A stretch of DNA of 60,183 bases, filler included. It is 3 parts of 3 records of this genome, joined end to end, with 100 filler letters (N's around TTAATTAATTAA, not from the genome) between each part and the next. Parts side by side here need not be neighbours in the genome. Positions count along the whole stretch, not along the records: positions 31,032 to 44,338 come from SRR22947725_242; 2 more parts are not named here. One strand, 5' to 3'. Under the pieces are notes generated by a model that saw only the letters and a program-made list of their open reading frames with translations, had not been told where the DNA came from and searched no databases. The translations under genes were made by a program, and so were the position numbers. Shown one piece after another: positions 31,996-40,059 of the stretch. Positions within the stretch are counted from its first letter, which is position 1. Every line of letters starts with the position of its first letter.

Positions 31996-32973
31996 ATGAC
32001 GGCGATCATCATCGTGGTCTGCGCCGTCGTGCTTCTGATATGGGCGACCCTCGTGTTTGTGGGTGACCTCGAGTGTCTGGAAGGGACGGTCCTCGATGAC
32101 GTATCGTACTGCCTCACCTACGGGGTCGCATCGCTCGCCGAAAGTATCGCCAAGCGGGCCCTTCCAGGGCGCTTTCACGGCTCCTGCGGTCGGTGCGAGG
32201 CGCGAGAGGCAAACACCGTCGGCGTGGTCATATTTGCACTGCTATATATGGGGTCGGTCGTCGGCGTGTCCGTCCTGATGCTTGACTCGCTTGACAAGGT
32301 GTCCAGGGCGGAGCGGGCCCTTGCTGTGGGGTATATGCTGGCCGTGCTGGCGTCGTTCACCGCAGCCTGTCGCAGCGATCCGGGGATCGTGACGCCGGCC
32401 AACGCGACACAGATGATCCAGCTCTTCCCCGCCGACGGGATCCTGCGGACCGAGAAGGCGTGCGAGACGTGCTTGCTCATGCGCCCTGCGCGGGCAAAGC
32501 ACCACGGGGGCCACTGCATCGCGTACTTCGACCACTACTGCGTATGGATGGGCAACGTCATCGGTCTCTTCAACATGAGGTACTTCCTGTTGTTTCTGCT
32601 CGTGACGTCGGCTGCGTGCGCCCACGGGGCGATCGTGGGGGTGCGCCTGCTCCACCGTGACATTTACGTGGTCAGGGGTTGGCGTCCGTCGTTCCGCGTG
32701 CTCTTGAGGATTCTGGCCAACCGACACCAGCTTTTGACGGCCTTGGTGGCATTTTTGATCGTCGCCTCGGTGGCCTTGTTCGCGTTCTTTGCGACGCACC
32801 TGGTGCAGGTCCTCCGGGGCGTGACGTCGTACGAGTGCATCAAGCTGCGGGGGCTGGACAAGAAGACGAGGGCGGCGTACCGCTCGAGGGGCATGCGCTT
32901 GGAGATGCTGAGGATCATCCTGCGACCCCGGACGTCGCTCTCAAACGCGAACAAGCAGTCGAAAACGCTGTAA
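31996..32973 (+). CDS. DHHC-family protein S-acyltransferase, DHYC variant (Swf1/ZDHHC4-like)
   Basis: TM helices, SDPG, CETC...RPARAKH, FDHYC, N.RYF, TSYE; TGTAA overlaps the stop codon. Confidence 0.88.
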   Translation: MTAIIIVVCAVVLLIWATLVFVGDLECLEGTVLDDVSYCLTYGVASLAESIAKRALPGRFHGSCGRCEAREANTVGVVIFALLYMGSVVGVSVLMLDSLDKVSRAERALAVGYMLAVLASFTAACRSDPGIVTPANATQMIQLFPADGILRTEKACETCLLMRPARAKHHGGHCIAYFDHYCVWMGNVIGLFNMRYFLLFLLVTSAACAHGAIVGVRLLHRDIYVVRGWRPSFRVLLRILANRHQLLTALVAFLIVASVALFAFFATHLVQVLRGVTSYECIKLRGLDKKTRAAYRSRGMRLEMLRIILRPRTSLSNANKQSKTL

Positions 32974-33023
32974 AACAAAACATGACGCGGTAGAAAGCAC
33001 GCAGATCTCACACTCCACGGAGT

Positions 33024-33086
33024 CGGACGCCAGACGCTAGACGCCAGACGCCAGACGCTAGGCGCTAGACGCTAGACGCCAGACGT
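33024..33086 (+). repeat. Tandem array of nine 7-bp units (consensus YAGACGC)
   Basis: cggacgc cagacgc tagacgc cagacgc cagacgc taggcgc tagacgc tagacgc cagacgt. Confidence 0.9.
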
Positions 33087-33103
33087 TCAGCGAGAGTGAC
33101 GAA

Positions 33104-34162
33104 ATGAGCGAGGACAACGACGAGGCGAGGGGCCAGCAGAATCCTCCCGCACCGATTTTGGCGGACGTGCACACGTTGGACCTCGAGTTTTGGCCCAACT
33201 TGGATATTGGTAACGAGTTTCTGCATGTAGACTGGTTGGAAGCGGTGCGGAACACCGAAGGGCCGGCCGGCCAGGGGCAGGCACTCTCCGGCAGTCATGC
33301 CAGCGGGCCGGGCGACGAGATAGCAAGGCTCGAGGGGATGGGCGACGGGCTTGACGCGGTGGGAGACGGCGGTGGAGCAAGACTGGGCGTCGATGGGATC
33401 CTGGAGGGCATCGATGACGACTTGGTCTTTCTCCAGGGGCAAGGGGCCGGCAACCCCCTGGGTGGTCATCATCATCATCATCATCGTCATCACCATGCAG
33501 CAGCTGGGCCGGCGACGACGAGTTCCGTACCATATAGCGCAATTCAAAGCCCACCGAGCAAAGATTCCGGGAGCGTCAAGGGCAAAGGGTCGAAAAAGAA
33601 ACGCCAGACAGACCGGCAGACGAACCGGTTGCGGTGGACGCCCGAGCTGCATGCGTTGTTCGTCGAGGCGGTCCAGCACTTGAAAGGACCCGAGAAAGCC
33701 ACCCCCAAGGGCATCATGTTGTATATGAAGGTGGATGGGCTGACAACGTTCCATATCAAGAGCCACCTTCAGAAGTATCGGATGAACTGCAGTCTGGCAA
33801 AGGACGCAGCCAAGCGGGTGGCAGGCGGCCCCGGGGATGACAGCGATGCCGGGGATACCGAGGAGCAGGGCATAAAACGCGCGCATCATGAAGCATCGCC
33901 GTCGTCAAAGAAGAAGCAGAAGGCCGTCGGATCGGCGGCGTCCCGCAGTCCGGGAGCGAGTGCGGGAGGCAACAATACAGACGGAGGCAGCCACGACAGC
34001 AGGATCGAGCAGGCCCTGATGGTCCAGATGCAGATGCAGAAAAGATTGCAGGAGCAGCTGGAGGAGCAAAGAAAACTCCAACTGAGCATACAGGCACAGG
34101 AACAGCACATCCGGCAGCTCAAAGAGGAGCTCAAAGTCAAAGAGCAGCGGTCCAGTCAGTAG
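33104..34162 (+). CDS. MYB-CC (PHR1/PSR1-like, GARP) transcription factor
   Basis: [14 protein letters not shown]...KATPK...[13 protein letters not shown] domain plus [13 protein letters not shown] coiled coil; poly-His tract; TGTAA at 34242. Confidence 0.9.
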   Translation: MSEDNDEARGQQNPPAPILADVHTLDLEFWPNLDIGNEFLHVDWLEAVRNTEGPAGQGQALSGSHASGPGDEIARLEGMGDGLDAVGDGGGARLGVDGILEGIDDDLVFLQGQGAGNPLGGHHHHHHRHHHAAAGPATTSSVPYSAIQSPPSKDSGSVKGKGSKKKRQTDRQTNRLRWTPELHALFVEAVQHLKGPEKATPKGIMLYMKVDGLTTFHIKSHLQKYRMNCSLAKDAAKRVAGGPGDDSDAGDTEEQGIKRAHHEASPSSKKKQKAVGSAASRSPGASAGGNNTDGGSHDSRIEQALMVQMQMQKRLQEQLEEQRKLQLSIQAQEQHIRQLKEELKVKEQRSSQ

Positions 34163-34273
34163 GTCCGACTGCAACAAGAACGTGTACAATTTTGAACCCG
34201 TGTGCACTTCTTTGTGTATTACTGTTTTTACAGTGCCCTTTTGTAAAGTGAAACTTGAATGGTTCGAGCAAGT

Positions 34274-35854
34274 TCAAGCCATGGCCACACGCGTGTCCCA
34301 CACCGAGCAGGTGCCCTCCGCCCCGCCGACCGCCACGAGCATCGGCGCGTCGCGGCAGTACTCGGCGGAAAATATGGCGCCAACGCCCATCTTTTCGCAT
34401 GCCATTTCCGCGAACCCCTCGCCCCCGTCTGCTCTTTTCCACACCTTGGCCCTCCCATCCGTGGATCCCGTCACCATGACCCCCTCCAGGCACGGGCAAA
34501 AGCTCACCGACGTCACGGCCTTCTTGTGCGCCTGGAATGAATATAATGCCTCCTTGTTCCGGGTATCGAACAATGTCACCCTGCCGTCTTCCGACGACAC
34601 GGCGAACGTGTGCGGATCATGAGGGTTCCATGCCACGGACTCGACGTCGCCGTCGATGGTCCAGGATGACGCGCCCGCGTCAGGGGCCCGCAGGTCGCTG
34701 AGGAAGAGGCGGCGGTCATAGCCGCCGGAAAGGAGGAGCGAAGCCTCGACGGGCCGCCACTTGACCGCCTGGACCTTGTCGCCGTGCAGGGTCAGGGTCT
34801 GGGTCGCCTGCTGGGTGGCCACGTCCCAAATCTTGACGGTGTGGTCGGCCGACCCAGATGCAAGCACATTGCAGTACTCCTGATTCCAGGCCAGTCCCAG
34901 CACGGCGTCCCCGTGACTCCCTGGTCTGACCGGAACCTCGGGCGGGGCGTCGCCCCCCTTCTTTCCCTTCTTTCCTCCCTTCTTTTCTTTCTTTCCCTTC
35001 TTCGAAGCAGCATTTGCCGCATCGCTGTTTGCCAGCATCTGTCGCGCAGCCTCATAATCAGCTCCACCAAGCGTCACCACCGGCTCTACAGCATCCACCA
35101 CGTCCAGGTTCCAGATCTCGATGCCCGGCTCGAATGAGCCTACCGCCATGAAATTGCCCCCAATTGTTCCGGAGCCTGGATCACACGGTCCCCACGCTAA
35201 GCATAGCGGAAATGCCGGCAACAACAGCGAATGATGAATGTAGATGTTCCCATCTGGACTCTGCTCGTTGCCCTCCTCATACACCCATATTTCGAGGTGA
35301 CTGATATCCTCCTCGTTTCTCGCCGCAGCAATCAGTAGGTCCGTCTCTCTGTACTCGATCTCGTCTTCAGAGTCCGACTGACCGTCCTTGCTCAGGTACG
35401 GATCGTCGGACGGGTCCGCGTAGAACGCCATGCCGGGGTTGCCTCCGCCGAGTATTCGATTCATTTCCTCATCGGCGTCGTCTTCATCATCATACGCGTC
35501 CATATTGAGCTCTGCTAGAGAGTCGGATATCTGTTGAGCCCCTTTGCCCCCCTGGGTATCGCCAGATGTTTTGCCAGCGTCGCTCTTCAACAGGGCAGCA
35601 AACCTCTTTGCTCGCGCAACGTCGTCTCCAGGATGGTTCGATCCATCGCCATCCTTCGTATCAATGTCATCGTCGCTCGTGCTCATCATGTCATCCGAAT
35701 CCTCTGAGTGGTCCGAGTGACCGTCCCCACCCGTGTCCGCGTCGGCAGAACCGTACAGCTTCATAGCCTGCAAGGCATGCTCGTCGTCGTCCGCGATGTG
35801 CTCCAGCTTGAGCTTGGCGACCCCACGTGGGATCCAAGACAGGGCCGATATCAT
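34274..35854 (-). CDS. PWP1: Periodic tryptophan protein 1 (WD40, ribosome biogenesis)
   Basis: MISALSWIPRG N-terminus, acidic region, LEIWVYE...YIHH..LLPAFPLCLAW, WD repeats; minus-strand TGTAA at 34228-34232. Confidence 0.88.
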   Translation of the reverse strand: MISALSWIPRGVAKLKLEHIADDDEHALQAMKLYGSADADTGGDGHSDHSEDSDDMMSTSDDDIDTKDGDGSNHPGDDVARAKRFAALLKSDAGKTSGDTQGGKGAQQISDSLAELNMDAYDDEDDADEEMNRILGGGNPGMAFYADPSDDPYLSKDGQSDSEDEIEYRETDLLIAAARNEEDISHLEIWVYEEGNEQSPDGNIYIHHSLLLPAFPLCLAWGPCDPGSGTIGGNFMAVGSFEPGIEIWNLDVVDAVEPVVTLGGADYEAARQMLANSDAANAASKKGKKEKKGGKKGKKGGDAPPEVPVRPGSHGDAVLGLAWNQEYCNVLASGSADHTVKIWDVATQQATQTLTLHGDKVQAVKWRPVEASLLLSGGYDRRLFLSDLRAPDAGASSWTIDGDVESVAWNPHDPHTFAVSSEDGRVTLFDTRNKEALYSFQAHKKAVTSVSFCPCLEGVMVTGSTDGRAKVWKRADGGEGFAEMACEKMGVGAIFSAEYCRDAPMLVAVGGAEGTCSVWDTRVAMA

Positions 35855-35872
35855 ATCTGCTCGAGAAGATTG

Positions 35873-35904
35873 GCTCGCTCGCTCGCTCGCTCACTCACTC
35901 ACTC
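35873..35904 (+). repeat. Compound microsatellite (GCTC)5(ACTC)3
   Basis: Read directly from the sequence; lies 18 nt upstream of the PWP1 start. Confidence 0.9.
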
Positions 35905-36115
35905 AAAAGCGTGCAGTGCACTCTTCACTGCATGCAAACTATCTGCGAGTCGACCGGAGAACGTCAATATGGCCGCCCGTTTCCTCTACTCGGCCACCGA
36001 TGAATGGAATCAATCAACGTGTGGCACCCGCGTTGAGTTATCAAAGTGAAGACCGAGAGAGAGGGGAGAAAGAGCGTTTCATTTTTTGAAGTGTGACTCT
36101 TTGGATTGAGGCTTC

Positions 36116-37411
36116 TCACTTGGGATGGAGAAGCCCGTACTTGCTGTCCACCTGCTCCTCGACCGACCTCAAGAAACTGCCGTACGCAACAGCCTCCAGG
36201 ATGGCTCGCCGCTGCGTCGCCACCGATACGACAAGATTCTGCACTTTGTCGTTCTGGACTGCCTCCTCCACGCGCTTCATCAACTCTTCAGCGCTGCCGG
36301 CATCCAACCCGACGGCGTCCTGCATTTCCCTCTGAAGTTCATGTGCGTCGCCAAATAGCGCCTCTGTCTGCCGCTCGACGAGCGCAGCCCCCTCGACACT
36401 GCACAGCCTCGCAGCATTCATCATCGTCTCCTGATCGAACGACTCGACGTACTTCCGGAGGGCACCCCTATTCTTCTTAACATTATCACCCCCCGCGCCT
36501 CCTGCGGCCCCCTGCCCCTCCTCTTGCACCTCATCCTCGGCCGAGGCAAAGAGCCGCTCAAGCCGCTCCACAGCATCCTCGGACGGCAGCATGCCCAGCG
36601 ACTTTGTCAGCTGGAAACGCTGGTCCACCCGTGAGAGAAAGTACCCGAACATGATACTCGCCGCATAGACCTGGGCAGACTGCAATTTGCTCATTTTGAT
36701 GACGGTATCCCCGTACGCGACGCTCGCCGGTCCCAATACACCGAGCATATGCTCTTTGACCATCTCGATGGCTTCTTTGGTGTGCACACCTTCCGTGAGC
36801 GCCTTCAACGCTTCCAAATCCTCGTGCATCGGCCCTAGTTGCGGCAGCATGCTGACCCCTATCTGTCGGAAACGGTCAAGAATACAGAAATACATCAGGT
36901 CCTCGACAACGATGGCGGTCTCTTTGTCTTTGACCTCCTGAATCCTCTTTGACAGCACAAGATCGACGGACTCTGCATCCTGAGAGGAGTTGGCCGCCGC
37001 TGCCGCTTCCCGCTGTTCCTTGAGCTTTCTAAAGGCACCGTCCACCGTCTCCTCGAACAGGTGCGGCTCCTTTGAGAGGTAGTACACGGCCATCTCCCCG
37101 AGGGGCGAGCTCGGCTTGGATGGCGACTGCGTCGATCGGGCGAGTGGGGCGAGTGGGGCGAGTGGGGACAAGCAAGTAAGTAAGGGGGGATTCTAGAACC
37201 TCAGACCGACCTCTGTGCAACGGCGCCTTCCGGCACGTACCAGCGCGAATTCCTCCGGAGTTTCGTTATCGAACGCACAGACCACGGGGGCCCGCCGACC
37301 CAAAACGGGCAAAGGACGAAGACCCACAGGCGACATGTCGTGTCGTCCGGGACGAATGGGCGAGCCAGCTCGACGTGCAATCGCCACTCGCGACGCTTGC
37401 GCCAGCTGCAT
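36116..37411 (-). CDS. DUF760 (UV-B-induced At3g17800-like) plastid-targeted protein; exons 37411-37241 and 37126-36116
   Basis: Transit-peptide-like exon 1 (MQLAQASRV...VVCA); phase-0 GTACGT...GCAG intron; VYAASIMFGYFL and LEAVAYGSFL motifs. Confidence 0.85.
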
Positions 37412-37642
37412 TGTGAAGAAAAGAATGTGCAAAGATGCGAGGTATCGACGAAATTCGATGTGGCAACGGCCCACCCAAGGTGAGTCTATGCTGACCGTGT
37501 GGCCTCACGACGATCGATCGATGATATCACGCGGTGGTCTTCCCGATGGCAGCGAGCAATGTTACGAGTACGAAGTATTTATATAGTACATCAAAGCGTC
37601 ATCCATTCGGGTCGTTTCGTTCTATTCGTTCTACCATTCGTT

Positions 37643-38254
37643 CTATTCGTTGTTTGGCGCCTCTGCCAAGCCGCCCGTGGGCCCCGGTCCCGGTGCGTTC
37701 CTCCCGGATTCGCATCTGGAGATGATCCTGTCGGCGATGGCATTGCCGCGCGAGTCTTCACCGGAGGATCCCTCCTCCTCGGGGTCCTCAAGGTTCTCGG
37801 GGTTTTCAGGCTCCCCGGCCAAGTCCTGTCTGGACCTCTTCTTTCCATTCGTTCTGTTGTACTCCTTTGTCTGCTTGGCAATCACGGCTTGCAGGCGCAG
37901 GACCTCCGACTGGTTGGCCGCGGCCTTGCGTTCCGCCGACTCCGCACGCGCCGTCAGCGTGCGCAAGGCCCGGGTGGCATCGGAGGCCCACTGCCTGAAC
38001 GCCACGAGGGTGCTCTTCATTTGCGACTGCTCGTCGCCGAGCTTCCTGAGTAGCAGCTCGTTCCGTTGGGCTGTATCAAGTCCCGTCATCTCGCCAATAT
38101 GGTTGTTGTTATCTGTATCGTGTCCGTCTGTATCGCTGTCGGCAGAGCGAAGGATGGCCCCTCCGTTCTGTGTGAGGGTTGCCGTGACGTGAGCGCAGAC
38201 GGAAGGAAAGCCTCTGAGCCAATTCAAAGAGCTAAGATCTTCCTCTTCTGTCAT
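37643..38254 (-). CDS. Hypothetical coiled-coil protein
   Basis: ORF from ATG 38254 (MTEEEDL) with a heptad-like middle, a KKRSR basic patch and an acidic tail; no recognised family. Confidence 0.45.
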   Translation of the reverse strand: MTEEEDLSSLNWLRGFPSVCAHVTATLTQNGGAILRSADSDTDGHDTDNNNHIGEMTGLDTAQRNELLLRKLGDEQSQMKSTLVAFRQWASDATRALRTLTARAESAERKAAANQSEVLRLQAVIAKQTKEYNRTNGKKRSRQDLAGEPENPENLEDPEEEGSSGEDSRGNAIADRIISRCESGRNAPGPGPTGGLAEAPNNE

Positions 38255-38536
38255 CTGACCGGTGACGAGTCGAGCAGTCGCGTCGATGGCCGTGCGGTCG
38301 GGTAGTTCAAAAACTACTACACGCGAATTTTTCCTGAGAGATCGTTGACCGCCTCGTTGACTGCAGCGATGTACACGAACTACCACGCCCCTGGAAGTGC
38401 CGTGGGTGCTTTCTCGGTACCGACGAAATCTCTTCAACGACAGATTTGAATATTCGTGTATGAAAATCCCAGTATCCCTAAGCCTACTACACGTTGGATT
38501 TTCCCGCGCGCGGAATCTGCAGATCTTCTCCTCGGA

Positions 38537-39076
38537 TCATTTTGCCTCCAAAGCACCACTCAGCCACTCGAGGCCCTCAAACAGGCCCTCTCCCTTTGTA
38601 GCGCTTGTTTTATAGATGGCCCATTTCCGGTTCTTGATATCGGGCAACCCCAAGCCCTCTGCGACCGCACTCTCGCCAAGCGCGCCAGGCAGGTCCTGCT
38701 TGTTCGCATAGACCAAGATCACGGCCTTTTGCAGCTCTTCCTCGCTGAGAATGGCCTGCAATTCGACCTTCGATGTCGGCAGGCGCTCGGTATCACAGCT
38801 GTCCACGACAAAGATCACGGCCTGTGTGTTGGGGTAGTAGCAGCGCCAGTACGGTCGGATGGACGTCTGACCGCCCAGGTCCCAGACGTTGAATTTGATG
38901 TTCTTATAGGTGACCGTCTCTAGATTGAAGCCGATGGTGGGAATCGTCTGTATGACTTCGCCACAGTGCAACCGGTACAGGATTGTCGTCTTGCCGGCAT
39001 TGTCCAGGCCAAGTATCAGGATGCGCGCCTCCTTGTCACCGAAGTAGGACATCAATTTGCTCATCCACACCCCCAT
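38537..39076 (-). CDS. ARL1: ADP-ribosylation factor-like GTPase ARL1
   Basis: MG myristoylation start, [26 protein letters not shown] (ARL1-diagnostic), ANKQD. Confidence 0.93.
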   Translation of the reverse strand: MGVWMSKLMSYFGDKEARILILGLDNAGKTTILYRLHCGEVIQTIPTIGFNLETVTYKNIKFNVWDLGGQTSIRPYWRCYYPNTQAVIFVVDSCDTERLPTSKVELQAILSEEELQKAVILVYANKQDLPGALGESAVAEGLGLPDIKNRKWAIYKTSATKGEGLFEGLEWLSGALEAK

Positions 39077-39322
39077 CGCGTCGAGTTGTAACGCTCCAGC
39101 GCGCGCCGACGATGCACTCCTGGCTCCCGACGTTCAGCTCGGAGAAGTCTGCCTGGCTCGCGATCCCGTCGTTTCGACGTTCGACGTTCGTTTCCCGACG
39201 TCCGTTTCACGACGCCGTTTCCCAACGTTCGTTCACGGCGACTCCTGGCCTGGGCGAGGAACGACTGGAGGAGGGAACGAAGCGCTGCTTGTCTTCGGAA
39301 AAAGTTCGTAAATTTCTCTTGG

Positions 39323-39840
39323 ATGGCGTCCAAGTTCTCTAACCTCCTAAAGAGCCTCCGGGCACCTTGGTACGTAGTGGGAGCATGCTGATGCACGCGC
39401 GAAACGTGTGCGTAGCCGGCGTTTCGCGCCTTCCCTTTCACGTCCGTCAAGCCCGTATATCGCCATCGGCACCGTCTCTGCCTCCCTGACCGTCTCGCAC
39501 TCGTCTCCTTCGTTGCAGGGCCATCACGGGCCCCGTGTCCAGCCCGGACTACGTCTCTCACCTGGCACGTGCGCCCGAATTCCGTGGCATTGCCCCGTCC
39601 TCGTTCCCGGTGAGGGCGAGCGTGCCGTACGCCGAGCCGGATCGCGTGTATGATATCAAGTACTATACAAGGGACATGCGGAGATCGGAGCTGAATACGA
39701 GGGTGACACGGCGAACGTGGACGAACGAGGAAGCAGCGGGGGCGGTTGTGGCGAGCGACGCCAGTAGGCCCGGGGGCGTTTACAAGTGGGGGGAGTACAA
39801 GAGCATTTTGGACGTGGAGAACGATGGATTCACCTCATGA
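39323..39840 (+). CDS. NDUFA7: Mitochondrial complex I subunit B14.5a/NDUFA7, plant type; exons 39323-39369 and 39519-39840
   Basis: Splicing GTACGT...CTGAC...TTGCAG gives MASKFSNLLKSLRAPWAITGPVSSPDY...EPDRVYDIKYYTRDMRR, matching the plant PW.ITGP..PEY and VY.I.Y..RD.RR pattern; TGTAA at 39851. Confidence 0.8.
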
Positions 39841-40059
39841 ATGGAAACACTGTAACAGATGGATACGTTCCGTGCGATCGTCGAGGGGAAATGACGTTGG
39901 AGCCCAAAAAAGTAGTAGTGCAGCTGATGGCTGGCCCCTCGCACAACTTTCCGGGAAATGCGAGGTCATTCTCTCCGCATTGTCTACAGATTACACCAAT
40001 CGTTTCATTCTAGGCGTCGAATCGCGACGCCGAGTCACGGACAGTCGGTGGGAGCGACC

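Noticed and set aside
33024..33086. Heptamer array as a CRISPR or telomeric repeat
   Set aside because: No unique spacers, no cas genes, internal position, and the unit is unlike TTTAGGG-type repeats
37127..37171. ORF-track N-terminus MSPLAPLAPLARSTQ of the DUF760 protein
   Set aside because: It derives from a 9-bp tandem repeat inside the intron 37127-37240; the real N-terminus is the upstream transit-peptide exon
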